Program-made: the position numbers and the translations under genes
Origin: Camelus dromedarius
Lineage: Eukaryota
Assembly: GCF_036321535.1 (NCBI RefSeq)
Contig: NC_087436.1
Span: 28,770,001 to 28,834,000, forward strand
Direction: 5' to 3'
Length of the DNA stretch: 64,000 bases
Shown: piece by piece, positions 50,521 to 64,000 of the stretch
Layout: each line of letters starts with the position of its first letter
Position numbering within the stretch: position 1 is the stretch's first letter
Notes under the pieces: generated by a model
The model's database searches: none
Told to the model about the DNA's origin: nothing
The model's input: the letters and a program-made list of their open reading frames with translations, nothing else

Positions 50521-52769
50521 TTATGTCATTTATTTCTAAGGTAAAGAGCTCCCCTGAGACTGTGACGTGATACTGAAAAGTCTCTGAGGCTTAATCCAGT
50601 TTCTGATGCCTCGTTTTCGGACTGCATGTGCTTTATTACAGGACACGTTTCTAGAAGAGGTGATTCTCCCTAATGGCCCAACAGTTCTCTTTGCCACCTT
50701 CTTTCTTACGCATCTTCTTGTGTCTGCCAAGCTCTGAGGAGATTTTGGACCACTCCTGAACATTTAGTATTCTGGATATAGAACTGTGTTTAGTAGAGGT
50801 TGTTTCCTTCTTCTGAGCTTGTTTCCTTCTTTGAATGTTAAAATGCAACAGGCCTTCCAGGTTTCCTATGCGGTGGATTTATACCAAGTACCTACCCTTC
50901 CCTCATGCCCCTGTCACAATTTGTTTGCAATTTCTATAAGTCTTTCTATTACAGGGGAAAAAAACCTTTTCAGAGGAGCTTTTAACCTAATTTTAATATA
51001 TTAAACAGCATTTAAACACAAGAATGTAATTTCCCTGTCATCAAAGGGTATGCAGTCCTCTTCACTGACTTGCAAATTTTCTTTTAAACAATATAAACTG
51101 TAAAAATACAATGTATTAAATAAATGAAAAGGGCAAGATAGTACAGAAAATAGAGAAACCATTAACATATAGATTAACCCCATCAAAGGGTGATATTTGA
51201 TGGGATATTCAATGTGATTCATATATCATAAACTAAAAGAGCAGAAGCTTTACTTTTGAAAAGCCTCTAATTCAGCAGCCAGCCTTACTTTCTGACATGG
51301 AAAGTTTAATATGAATTCAATGTGCCTAAATGCCAATTACTAGGATAAAAGAGAAGCTCATGGCGATTAAGAGATTATAGTCCTTTGAAAGATGTAATTA
51401 AATGGCACAGAGTTTCATTTCAGTAATTCCTAAAGCAAAAATGTATGGATTTATTTTTATTTTTATTATTCCAATAACTTAAAACTGTAAGATTATGAGC
51501 CCAGTAAATTTTACAGCTCAATAATTGCATTAGATAAAGTATATATTTTAAATCATTTATTATATCAACTGCAACTGATTAGTCATTGGAAATTTTGCCT
51601 TTTATCAACTGACAGAATCATAATTTTATTCCCAACACCATTTCACAGTGCCTTTTCGAGACTAGTTGCGATGTAGAGTATGAATAAACTACAAAATAAA
51701 TGTAAAAATTAAACAAAATTTTTAACAAATTTTATTCAGATACTTGATATTTAGCCAGTATTTTAAGAGATTGTTCAAATGGTTCACTTTAAATTAAATT
51801 TTAATTCCTTTGAAATCACTAAATTCTTTTTTGCTGAACCTCCAACACTTAACATACATGCAGTCTCAACCATTCTCTCCTACTTCAAATTCTATCAGCC
51901 ATAAGCAAGGCAAGAGAAATAAAATGACTTAGCCTCAAATAATTAGTAAATCATTTTCAGAGCGAGAGCTAGCAGCTCAGCCTGTAACTCCCAACTGTGG
52001 GTTCTTTCCTTCAGAACCTGATGAATCAAACCTGATGAACAGGAATTATGAAAACACTCCTCAGAAAACGGGAATATTTTAGCTTAAAAATATGTGGCTG
52101 AAAAGGTGCTTCTTGAAACTTGCTCTGACACATGATTTTCAACAAGAGATTGGTCAATTTCTCTCATTCTCAAAATAAGTATAGGAGGAAAAGAGTTAAA
52201 CTGAAGATTTTATTTAACAAACTCTCTTCAGGATTTTGTATCAGAAAACTCCTATGATCCTTTTTTATCCCACTGAATAATGTAATTTATGTTCTTTAAC
52301 TTTGAGAAATAAGAGTAAGACAATCTCCTCTGTCCCCAACATGTTCTGAATAATAATAATTATTTTCTTTGAGCTTATATTTGTTAATGAAAGTTTGGTT
52401 GATCATATAGAAAATAAAGGTAACAAAAGAGGTATAATAAGGGAGAGAGTGTAAACAGTCATGAAAAAGGTGATGAAGGACAAAGTAAAAACCTATTTCC
52501 ACAACTAGGAAAATGATGCTCTGATACTAGTTTCAGTGTTTGCAACCTCCATTTCTTAGTTTAAAAATCCAAATTATATAAAGTTATCTGAAAAGTCAAG
52601 GACAAAATTTAAGAAATACAACTTAACATACAAAGAGCTTTCTTTTATGGTATTATAACATATTTAATTATTATAGGTAATAGCAGACCTTGGGTAATTC
52701 TGTCTCATATTTTAATTATTTTATTAGTTTATCTTTGAAATTATAATTCCTTTTTTGGCTAAAAAATAT

Positions 52770-53196
52770 CCTTACTCTGTGATGGGAGTGTTAATTGGTG
52801 AAGCCACTACAGAAAAAAGTATGAAGATTCCTCAAAAAATTAAGAACAGAACTATTACATGATCTAGCTGTTCCACTTCTGGATATTGATCCAAAGAAGA
52901 AAACCTAACTCAGAAAGCTGTATGTACTGCCATGTTCATAGCAGCATTATTTACAATAGCCAGGATATGGAAACAATCTAAGTGCCCAACCATAGATGAA
53001 TGGATAAAGATGTGGTATCTGTAAACAATGGAATACAACTCAGCTATTAAAAAAATAATGAAATCTTGCCATTTACAACAAGATGAATGGACTTTGAGGA
53101 CATTATGCAAAGTAAAATAAGTCAGGCAAAGAAAGACAAATACTGTATTAACTTTATTCATAGGCAGGATATAATAAACAAACAAACAAACAAATA
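52770..53196 (+). mobile_element. L1 fragment (end of ORF2) terminating in (AAAC)n
   Basis: atgttcatagcagcattatttacaatagccaggatatggaaacaatctaagtgccc...gatgaatggataaaga...aatggaatacaactcagc. Confidence 0.88.
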
Positions 53197-53769
53197 ATTC
53201 TTAATCCCAGCCATGTTGGGAGCACCATACCTACTGTGAAGACACATGTTAACTACTGTTGTATATTTCGGTTGCAAAAAATATTGTACAAAAATATTAA
53301 ATGCTTACTCAAGCTGATTAGCTAGATTTATCCATTCAATCAGTCATCTGTGGATAGTATAACTAACTAAAATAATCTGTAGCAACCCCAAATTTTCAGA
53401 GATTGACATACTTTGAAAATGTTTCAGCCAGAATGCTTCTTAGTGGTCTTGATTCCATGAAGTTTTCCTTTCCTGGAAATTTACTCTGGAACTCAGATTT
53501 TTAAAGAAAGTAGGTCAATGCATTTTCTATTTTAAAGATGACTCTTTGAATTGAATCTAGCCAGAGATTTTTGAAAACGCTTGTATTATTTTTCTCCTCC
53601 ATTTTTAAAAATTCCAAACTTAAAGAAATGTTGAGACATGTTAAATACAATCACTCACATACTCTTCACTCTAGATTCATTAACTATTATAATTTTCCCA
53701 CTTCATCTTTGTAACTTCATATTGGTATGTATGATACACATGTGTGCATTAATATTAATAATGTTAATT

Positions 53770-56580
53770 TAAATATTAGGCTCTTTCTGTTTATTTGGAG
53801 ATAATATGATGTTTCTCTTTATATCTATCATAACAGGTAGCTATATCAGTATATTTTCTAATATTCAGCTAGGCATGAATTAAATTTCTGGAATAAATTC
53901 CACTTGGTCATGATATATTATTTTTAATAGGCTGTTAGATTCTATTTCCTAATATATACTTAGAGGTTTTGCAACTATATTTATCAGTGAGGTCAGTTTG
54001 TGGTTTTCTTTTATGGTGTTGTCTTTATGAGATTTAGGTATAAATGTTTATCTGCTTAAAAAAATCTTTTTCCTCTTTTCTCTTATGTCTATAGAAATTA
54101 ATCTGCTTAAACCATTTCTATTTCTATCTCTAAAGTTTATCTCTAAAAATTATTGTCAATTTTTGTGAATGTTATTTTCCAAGACATTTGCTCATCTGAC
54201 TTTTAAGTTAATTTTCATAGAATTATGAAAGTAGTCAAGGTAGTATTGACATTCTCTGTTTAAATGGCTTTTCCTCCTTTTTATTTATTATTCTGCAAAT
54301 ATCTACTTTCTATTTTTCTGTTGAAGATTAGTGGTTTGTCTGTTATTTTCATTTTTTTCAAAGAATCTATCTATGTATCTATATATACATGTATGTATAC
54401 TATATATGTATATTACATATATGCAGGTGTATATATACACACTACTTACCTATTGTTTTAATTTCAAGTTATAATTTCTGCTTTATATGTATTACTTCCT
54501 TGCTTTATTTAAATTTACGAACATTTTCTGACTCATTTTGAGACTCTTTAAAATTTATTTTCCTCATTTTTTTTATGCAATGTCATATTTAATCCTTTCA
54601 ACACCCTGTGAGGTTTATAGTATTACGTTCATTTTACAATGGATACATCTCTTTCTTCCATGTTACCAGTAAGAAAATTACATCCTGAAACAAAATATAG
54701 AATCTGTCAGAGACAGGACAGCCACAGTTACCATTTTGTTTTTATTGATACGTGTTTATATTGATAACACAGTGCTATGGATTTTCTTTTACTCATTGCT
54801 TTAATTTTAACTCCTAGATTTTGATACCAAATGTTTTAATGATCAATTTTTATATAAAGACTGTGTCTTGGGTTTGTATTTCTCTTTCACCCAGGAGCTA
54901 TTTAAGACTTAAAATCTCTATGTAAGATGTCTGATATTAATTTCAAGATTTTTGTATTGTAGCCAGAATGCATTTGTACTGTATCTGTATTTTAGAACTT
55001 GTTGAAGCTTTTTTCTTTTTACTTACTATGTGCTCAATATTGTATAATGCTCCAGAAGTATATTCTCTACTATCACCTTGGAAAATTTGATATATAGCCA
55101 TTTATTTTGAGTTGTAATATTCTTACTTTTTTTTTTTTGCCCACTTGACCTATCTTTGACTCAGTGATGTTAGTCTTCTAATATTAATGTATTTCTGTCT
55201 ATTCCTTCTTTTATTTCTCATAGTGTCTGCCTTACTTAGGTGTATTCTGTGTTATTGGAAACATAGATATTCAACATTATTTTGTTTTCATTGAGAGTTA
55301 TTTTAAAGTGTATTTAAAAGTGTCCACATGTGTTATGTGTGACTAATTATCCCAAATTCTACCTGTCTGGTATCAGAATCACAAATCCTCTTTCTCATAA
55401 TTTGCATTTTCTAATATACATTTGGCCCACACTTTTGCATTTTTAGTCTTTCTTAATCATATTGTTTTTATCTTTTTTATACCTTTTATACTGCCCACTG
55501 GAGACAGTTGGCATCTATTATTTGTTTTGGTAGCTTTAAATCATTTTTGTTTCAACTATGGGATCATCAGTGAGGTTATTTTATTTCCCCTCCCATTGTT
55601 TTCTTCTATTCTCTAACCTTTTTTGGTGTCTACTTTGTTATAACATACAACATTTAATATAACCTTTCTCCTGCTCTCTCCCTACTTTTAGTCTTAGATC
55701 TGCATTTAAATATATTCAAAGCTCACCAATAATCTTTTCACCACATTTTTCTAGTAATTCCTTTTTTGTTGTAGGCTATCCTCTTCTATATTCATCATGA
55801 AGACCTCATGAGCACAAAAGTCCCTAAATTTTTGCATGTTTAAGATGATTCTCTCTGTTGCCTTGGTAGTTTGGATATTAAATGCCCGACTTGCATTTTC
55901 TCTCTCTGAGCTTCTTGAGAATGTTTCTCAACCTGCTTTTCTTTTGATACTGCTTATCAAAGATTCTAGTCACAGCCAACTTCTCTTTCATGTAGGTGAT
56001 TTCTTTGATAAAAAGTTCAGAGGATTTTTCTTCTTTAATGTTAAAGTCTATTAATTTACCTGAGTATGCCTAGAAATTGATCGCTGTGAATCAATTAAAC
56101 CAGGTGCATATGGTTACTGTCAATATATAGATTCAGGCTCTCTTATTTGGGGGGCATTTTCTTGGATTATAATCTTAATGTTTAGTTCTGTTTCATTTAT
56201 TATTCTTATCCTTCATGAACTAATTATATGCATGTTGGATCTTCCTTGTTCTTTTACCTCCATCATAATTTTTCTGATCATTATTTTGTCTCTTTTTATT
56301 TCATTTTCATTTTTATATTAATTTTGATTTGTCAATGCATACTCATGAACAACATACAAGTACAACAATAATGCACTTCACTATGTTTTAATAATGTACT
56401 TCAATACTTTAATCAAAATTATTCTCCCTTGAGTACTTTGAAATCATTTCTCCAATAATTTTGACTTGCATTTTTAGAGTTCCATCAGCTCTCTTTTGAT
56501 ATATTCCTAATTTTGTCATTTCTGATCTCTTGTGTTTGATTTTGGATGTAATGGATTTGTGCTTGTTTCTATAGATACTT
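53770..56580 (-). mobile_element. Long, highly diverged L1M block (several pieces)
   Basis: ttctggaataaattccacttggtcatgatatatt..., then T-rich antisense ORF2/ORF1-like text. Confidence 0.6.
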
Positions 56581-56637
56581 CCTTAAAGATATGTTTGAGA
56601 CATTTTGTTATACTTTTCCTTTGTTTCATGTTTGCTT

Positions 56638-56709
56638 TGTGTGTGTGTGTGTGTGTGTGTGCACGTGCTTGCACGTGTGTGTGTGTGTGTGTGTGTGCGC
56701 GCGCACGCC
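56638..56709. repeat. Compound (TG)n-GCACGTGCTTGCACG-(TG)n-(CG)n tract
   Basis: Seen directly. Confidence 0.9.
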
Positions 56710-58998
56710 AGTGGGGAGGTGGTGTTCATCATGGATATTTATTGTCGTTTTCTCTTTTCCTCTTGTACAGGTTTTGTAGAGATGTTATTAGCTGTTTTCT
56801 GTTCGTTTTGAAACTCTGACCAGTAATAAGAATGATTCTGCATAAGTAGGAGTAACAGTTCTGGGTGGCTGACTGATTTCTTATGTAGAGAGTGACTTTG
56901 TATTTTAGTATAACAGGGTGCAATTTCATTAATCATTTTCACCTTTTTTAGTGAAGAGGGCTTGTTTCTCTGATTTTGTGAATCTCTATTGTTTCTATAG
57001 GACCATTATTTTCAATTTCTTTATTCACTTTTTTCCCCCTTACCACCTGGCCACAAATGTTGTTTCACGCCTCCTAGTCACCTCCATCTCCACTAGAAAT
57101 AGTCCTCCCTAAGTCTGCCTCCTCAGGTCCAATATCCTTTCATGCTCCTTCCATTCAATTCTCTAATATCCAGTGTTCAAATGTACCTTACCTCAGACCT
57201 TTCCGCAGTTTTTCCTCAAACATGATGGGAACCCTCTTATTCTGAATGTGATTTTATCTGTGTGTCTACATGTTTAGCATCCTGAGAAATGTTCTTTCCT
57301 GTGCAGTCTCTACTTGATCATTCATGGGCTCCAGAAATGGATCTGACAGTATAGGATATTTCCCTTCTTATACAGATACAGCTTGTAGTACACACTCTCT
57401 CTCTGAATTTTGCTATTGAACTAGGCTGTTTCAGTCTTCTTTTTTCATGTTGATAACCTGGTTTGGGGCTATAATTTAGGCAGCAGCCATTATCCTAGAA
57501 AATGCTGAAATTTTGTGTTTAATTTTTCCAAAAGTCACCATCTACATAGAAATAGAATTTACCTCTGTAAGCATAAAACATATATGTCACATGACACACA
57601 GCTGTAGGTTTACACACATGGTTACATCAATGGGTAAGAAAATTGCAGTAAATGGGAAGTTTTATAGAGACTCGTATGTGCAACTTTAAAATATATATAT
57701 CCTGAAAAAAATCATATTACAAAAGGCCAATTCTACCGCCTTCCTCAAATTATTAAGTATATATTATTAAATCAGCATATTAATGTGGTGTAGTAATTTA
57801 CAACTTTCCCATGTCTTCCCCTAGGTATTATGCTTAAAAGAGCTCCCTAGTTAAGTAATATAAAAAAATTACTACATTTGTGTTTCACTTCTCTTTATTC
57901 TTATAGTCAAATTTTCTATAACTTCTTAAACTTATGTAGTTCCATGTTAAAGGAAAGTGGTAAGCACAACATTCAGTGTGTATGATTCCAATTTAATATA
58001 GGAGATTTTACAAGTGAGAACACTATATAACCAAATATAATATTCACAGACAATAAAATATTCTGAATTCAACTGCATGTAAAGAGTACAAATGAATAAA
58101 TGCATTAACAAAAATGTTCAAGGGCAGTCTGAAAATGATTCAGGCAATAAAGTTCTACACTAAGTCAATAAATTTGCTTTATTTAAAGTCAGCCTGGAAC
58201 ATTCAGCCAACCTCAGAGGATCTCATAAAGACTTGAGGCTAATGGACTATATCACACATTAATGCCGAATGCATGGGCACCTGGCATCCCTACAGACAAT
58301 GTAGCCAAAGGCCAGTCCTCCAGTGGTTTTTAAGACTAATGCTAGATTTCTAACAATAGAGTAATGTCAGCAGGAAGTACAACAATCGGCAGGTCAGAGT
58401 AAAAAACCACAGCTAGCTACAATGAAGTGCATCATCATGGGTCAAGCAAACAGAAAATGCTAGAAATGCAAAACCCACGTAAAGTAAAAACAAAAGCCAT
58501 TTCAAATTACAACCTGTTGTTACTGCTATGCTGTTGTGCAAACATCAGAATAACATTCTGCATTCAAACACACAGATCCATAATTAAAATTGACTGAGTA
58601 CTTTTATATGTTTAAGTTTTTTTGTAGAGAATGACCAAGACATTTTCTACATTCCAGAATTATACTATTATTCAAACTTAATGCTGATAATGAAGTAACG
58701 GATGCTTATTATCAGAAATAATTTAACATTCTTTTTTCTGTTTTAGAAAAGCAAATATAAGCTTAGGAAAATAAGAACACTAGAGTAAGGAAGTGTGGGA
58801 TGTATAAAACAAACAAATCAACAGTGATGGAGTCCTGGGGCAACTCCTGGCTGTCAGGAACTAGTTGGAGCATTTGCCTGAAGGAGAGCGTCGCAACAGT
58901 GGGAAATGGGTAGAGGACCAAATTTTAACTCTGTCTTTGTCTCACCTTCTCCTTTATCTGAGAGGGTCACTATCTGTTCCCATAGTCACTATGAGATA

Positions 58999-59490
58999 TG
59001 TGAATGAAAAATACTGCAAAGCATATCAGTAAACAAAGAATGCTGAAACCATTAAGTCATCAGCGGCTGCTGCCACCCCCCAGTGAAGACAAGCCTGCAG
59101 CCTGGGCTCTGCAGCCACTCACAATGGTGCACTCTGAGGGGACTCAGAATAAGAAAGGACAGGATACTGGCCCTAGATAGCTAGATGCTTGTCAAAGCAA
59201 TGAATTCAATGAGCCCAAATGTTTGCTTCCTCCCATACACAGAAAAGCGCTAAATTCTTTAACTTGAGATGTCTGGTTTTCTTTAGTTAACAAGTAATCT
59301 TCTGATGTTCAAACCACCTTGTCTTTGTTGTAAAACTCCTATATATACTAGCTCCTCCCCTACCTCTTGGGAGTAGCCAGTCCCTCAGAGCAATCTGAGG
59401 CTGTCATCAAAGGGGTTCGAGTCCTCAGAAATGTCTGCCAAATAAAACATAACTCTCAACTCTTAGGCTATGCATTTATTTCAGTTGACA
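58999..59490 (+). mobile_element. ERV1-type solo LTR (third family)
   Basis: tgtgaatgaaaaatac...ctcctatatatactagc (TATA)...aataaaacataactctcaac...ttcagttgaca; flanks gata/gtta (imperfect 4-bp TSD). Confidence 0.8.
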
Positions 59491-60349
59491 GTTATAAAAC
59501 AGCATCTACACTGTAGACTACCAGGTGCCATGGGATGATATCATGGCAGTTCTAAATCCTGCTGGGCTAAAAAGATGATGAAAGGAGAAGCAGGTTGAAG
59601 AGCTGCCCTGGGCATACTCTCCTCCAAATTCTCTCTTCAAACCCTCAGTGCTGGTGGATTACATTCTAAAAGTCATTTTCTCATTCCATGCAGCTTCTTT
59701 CAGAGAGTTTAAATATCCTCTCTGCAGAAAGAAGTCGCTGGTGGAAGGACAGCACACCAGGAGACCTGGTGGTAGTTCTGAGAAGCCTGTGTTTCTCCTT
59801 GTGCAGGTTCATCCTTTCCTTCTCTAACTCACCAAGAAGACACAAGCGCAGTCTAGACCTGGGCCTCCTTTGGATACACATTACTAGATATGGCAACTCC
59901 TAACTCCAGGGAAAAATGAGTTCAGAGTCAATAAACCAATTATCTGTAGGGAATACAATCACTGCAAAAGGAAGGCAACACAGAGACAACATATACGAGA
60001 GGAAGCAGAGCTATGGGAAGAGACAGACCAAGCATGTAAAATAAGCAAAATCTCAGAAAGTTAATAGTAAGTATTGATAATGAAAAGCAAAAAAGTCTTT
60101 GTATTTTCCATAAATTATTTTGAAGACACACATAGTATATTTCACACTCATCATAAACCAGTTTTTATGGGAGAGAGGGCACACTTTTTGCTACTCTTTT
60201 GTTTGGCACCCTTACCTCCAAATTTCTATTTCTATACAATAGCACACCCATTTCCATGCTCACACCCACCACACGACTCCACACACACATTGACTCGCAC
60301 ACACATATACTGTAGGACCTGGAGAGAGGTTTAGTCAGTTTTAAAAAAT

Positions 60350-61810
60350 GATATCATATTATTCATAAATCTTTGCATATTTCTTTCTCTAATCTACACT
60401 ATCTAGGAGATAACCCACCAAGACAAGTAATATAGCCCTAATTTAAACCTTAAACTATCTGGAATTTATTTTTCAATATGATGTAAAATGTACATCCAAC
60501 TCTATTTTTTCCCAGTGAATTTTAAAGAGTGTACATATCTTATCTTAAATATTTCACACTGAATTGAAATAATAAATATGTCATGCATTGTTACGATTTT
60601 GTTTCTCTGTTTTATTCTACTATCTGATATTTGTAAGGAAATTATACCATCCTGTTCACATTTTTCATATGGTTCTCTTGGAATTTTTACATGCACGTTT
60701 AAATTTTCAGGTTTATTTCAACAAATTCAACAAATGGAATTATATTACATTTATAAATTTATTTTAGTACAATTAATATTTTTCTTATTTTGAATTTTTA
60801 GTCAAGAGAAATGAAAAATACTATGTTTCCCTGTTGGCAAAGATCACATTTTAAAATATTTAAAAGGTATTATTGCTTTCTTCATATAAGGATTATGCCT
60901 TTTTAAAAGGTTATTACTATGTAATATACACACAAAATTGTTGCCTCAATTTTCAGTGGAACTTTTCCTCTCATTTATATTTCTAGGTGCTTATTGCTAC
61001 AATGGACAGTAATGGAGCCACACAGTAACCCTTTTTTAATTACAGTATTTTTAAGGTTGTATTTTTGAGCTTTTAAGGTAGGCAGTCATATGATCAGCAG
61101 AGAAAGACAGTTTTATCTTATCTAATATTTGTTCCAGTAATTTCTTTTCTTGTACCATTTGCTAGAACTTCCCCCAAAATAAAAATAACAATAATGCTAA
61201 AGGACATGATTACTTTAATTGAATTATTTTAGTGTTTCTCTGTTGAAAACAATATTCTTTTCAGTTTTGTTAGTCTATTACATTTCAATAATTTGGCATC
61301 TGTTCTTATTTTCTAAGAGCACTTAACAGAATTGATAATTGAATTTTATTAATATTTTCTATCTTCAACTGATATAATCACAGGTTATGCTGGCTTTCAA
61401 TAATTAATCAGGAAATTTCCATCTCTTTATGTCACTTCTATAACTTAAAAAAATTAAAATATGTTCTGAAAAGGGTAGATCAAAGTCAACCGTGAACATG
61501 TTTGTTATGGTTTTTAATGCTAATCCCCTTATCCATATTTTCTATGATGGTTTAAATTTTATTAGTTTATATTTAGATAAATCATTTCTTTAGATTTTCA
61601 AATATTTTTTGGTTACAACTGCACATAGTTTTTCCTTATAATTCCTGGATTTCCTTTTATTTTAGCTTACCTCTACTTTCTCTTTTCTATTTTATATATG
61701 TTTCATCATCTTTTACTATTAGTAGGCTCATGAGAGCTTTCCCTATTTTAGTAATTGATTTGAAGGACATATCTGCAGTAGTTATGTTTTCTTTTCGCTA
61801 CTTTTTAATT
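60350..61810 (-). mobile_element. Ancient L1M fragments
   Basis: gtaggcagtcatatgatcagcag...gacagttttat...tgctagaacttcc is antisense ORF2-like text. Confidence 0.55.
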
Positions 61811-62659
61811 TTCTATTTCAAGCTGTAGGACCTTCAGCAAAGCATTCAGCAGCTGAGCCCCTGTCTCTTTATATTTAAATGGAAATAATAACGTTGAAAG
61901 AAAGAAATGAAAAAGCTGGAAAATACCTCTATAATATAAGATGCCAAATAAGAACTCAGCGTTAGTTATTCCTCTCCCCTACTCTTGTCATAAATATAAG
62001 AGGTGCAATACAAATTAGGGAATATGCTGTGTCATCAGAATTATCTCTGTGTGTGAACTGAGGGAGTTGCTGTAATTGTAAGTACATGAGGCTTCTAATC
62101 CCTCTTCTATCTTTGTTTCTGTCCCTCGGTTTGACTCTGTGTTTACTTAACTATTCCTCCTTTGAGGCAGTCTGTGTCTTGCTTTCAGCGGTCATCCATC
62201 GCATGTGTATGTGCGTGCACATGTGCACACTTAGCATAATGTGGCATCTATTTGGCCATGAGCGGTAATCAATATTATCACAAGAGTCGCCTTCTTTTCT
62301 GTTTTGTATAAAGTAAGAATTGTTCCTGACCTCCTATGGTGGAGCCAGGGATGGATTTGAGACTTAGCTACAAGAAGGTATCAGACTTCTGTGGCATAAG
62401 CCAGAAGTAAGGGTGTTAGGAGCCAGAACCTACAGAAAAGGCATAAAGGAAAAAAGCAAGAATAAGAAAGAAGACACTCATCAGCATCCAAACAAGGGAA
62501 CTAAAGCAAGGAAAAAAATACATATTCTGCCCAGCATCTGCTGCCCAGAGTGCCTGTGATTAGGCAAGAATAATGAGACTTTTAAAGAAAATGTTTGTGC
62601 TAAAATACCATTTGACTTTGTAGGACATAATAGCAAAGTAAAATTTACAGCGCTGAACG

Positions 62660-63202
62660 TGTCTCAGAACTGTGAATATAAATATTGACCAAGATGGCTT
62701 AACATTCCCCTCAGCTTGACTAAACTTTAGACAAGTTTCTTCCTGACTTCAGGCCCCTGACCCGCCTTTTCGTGGAGCATTTAGTTTGGAAAACTTGCAA
62801 CTATAAATTCTCTCATGGGTCTTTTAAGATACAAATCTTCTCCCAGGTTCTTGCCTGTTTTATTACCCAGGAACATCTTTCTTCATGAAGGACCCTGAAG
62901 TCATCCCTTTAAAACATAATCATCAGGGAAGATAGCTACCCTGTCTCCCAGGCTTTGTGGGAGGGTAGGAGCCGAACCCCTAGACACAGCAAAACCAGTT
63001 TAAAAAATGACCTAATCACATTGACCAACCTTCTCCTTAATGTCCTCCAGTACTTTCTGACTAGCTCATCTCAGTGCTTAAAATGTCTCCCACCCTTCCC
63101 TGCAACAGAGTTGAGTTCAATCTCTCTCCTCTACTGCAATAGTCTTAAACAAAGTTTGGTTTTTTTGGGGGGGGGGGGGCTGGCATGATTTTTTCTTTGA
63201 CA
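62660..63202 (+). mobile_element. MER34-like ERV1 solo LTR
   Basis: ctcagcttgactaaactttagaca...ttcttcctgact...ggcccctgacc...gtgggagggtaggagcc...ttttctttgaca matches recalled MER34-family text; G13 run at 63167-63179. The 5' boundary is uncertain. Confidence 0.7.
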
Positions 63203-63259
63203 TAGTGAATTAGTTTTATATACCACCATCTCTAAAGGAACAAAATTTGATAGAAAAAA

Positions 63260-63860
63260 ATAGATGCAAAACTCATAATTATAAAACAAATAAATGTAAT
63301 TGTAGTGATATATACAGTGTATCACAGGATCACAGGAAGAGAACACCAGTAATTGATATGAACAAAGAATAAAAGCTTTCCGGAGGTGAAATGGAAGTCA
63401 AGTTTTAAAAGGTGAATATTAGAAACAAATAGATCAGTAGATCTACTCCAGCAGAGAAAAAAGCCTAAGCAAAGACCTATGGGTGTTACATACAGTCAAG
63501 AAAACAGAAGTTCATACTTATTTCAGGTTAATAGGCTAGATTAAAACTGATGCTAAAAGGGTTGCAGGGACATACACAGGTGATGTGGAGAATACATTAG
63601 AAGAGGAAGCACTGGAGACAAGGGAACTAATCAAAAATTCTCAAGGAATAACATAAGCCTGAATTAGAGAAATGCCAGTTTGGATGGAAATTTGTGGATA
63701 GATTCAAATAATACAGTCGAGGTAGAATCAATGCACGGTGTTAATTTAATGAATTTGGTCGGCAACAAGATAGAAGACGGAGACAAGGATATTTCATTCT
63801 CCTTTTCAGGCTCTTTTATTACATGACAGGTGAATGGTCATGTTTAAAAAGCTCTGACAT
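63260..63860 (-). mobile_element. L2 fragment
   Basis: ctccagcagagaaaaaagcctaagcaaagac...gaggtagaatcaatg...ttggtc is antisense L2 text. Confidence 0.55.
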
Positions 63861-64000
63861 AGCCCTCTTTGTTTCCCGTGTGCCCTCTCAACATTTCCAT
63901 GGTCTTAAATATCATTTATATGAATTAAGAAGCATGAAAGCTGAAATAAATGTGAAAAAAAATTGTCACCAAGAACAATTTTTAGATTAATAAGTGTCCA

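Noticed and set aside
1..64000. Remaining ORF-track entries; CRISPR arrays, operons or prokaryotic defence systems
   Set aside because: The ORFs are short, low-complexity or antisense to repeats. There are no regularly spaced repeat-spacer arrays, and the DNA is clearly mammalian non-coding sequence.

Overview
AT-rich, CpG-poor mammalian DNA, intergenic or deep intronic. It is most likely camelid, because a Vic-1-type tRNA-Ala SINE with a 12-bp target-site duplication (TSD) sits at 31432-31547. I can support no host protein-coding gene, RNA gene or CRISPR array; nearly all ORF-track entries are chance ORFs or transposon remnants. The window is a layered record of transposable elements. (1) A compact 3.5-kb class I ERV provirus at 32072-35553 has two LTRs, a tRNA-Ile primer-binding site (PBS), decayed gag and pro, a polypurine tract (PPT), and no recognisable pol or env. 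(2) A young composite L1 at 22937-24525 consists of an L1 nested in the 3' end of another L1 that carries a twin-priming 5' inversion. (3) There are several solo LTRs, an internally deleted L1, and many old L1M, L2, L3, MIR, MER2 and MER5 fragments. Unique stretches hold a few perfect palindromes and motif clusters that may be enhancers. I did not find a convincing undescribed biological system; the best leads are the ERV architecture and the nested/inverted L1. Repeat family names are from recall of consensus sequences, not database searches, and boundaries of old repeats are approximate.
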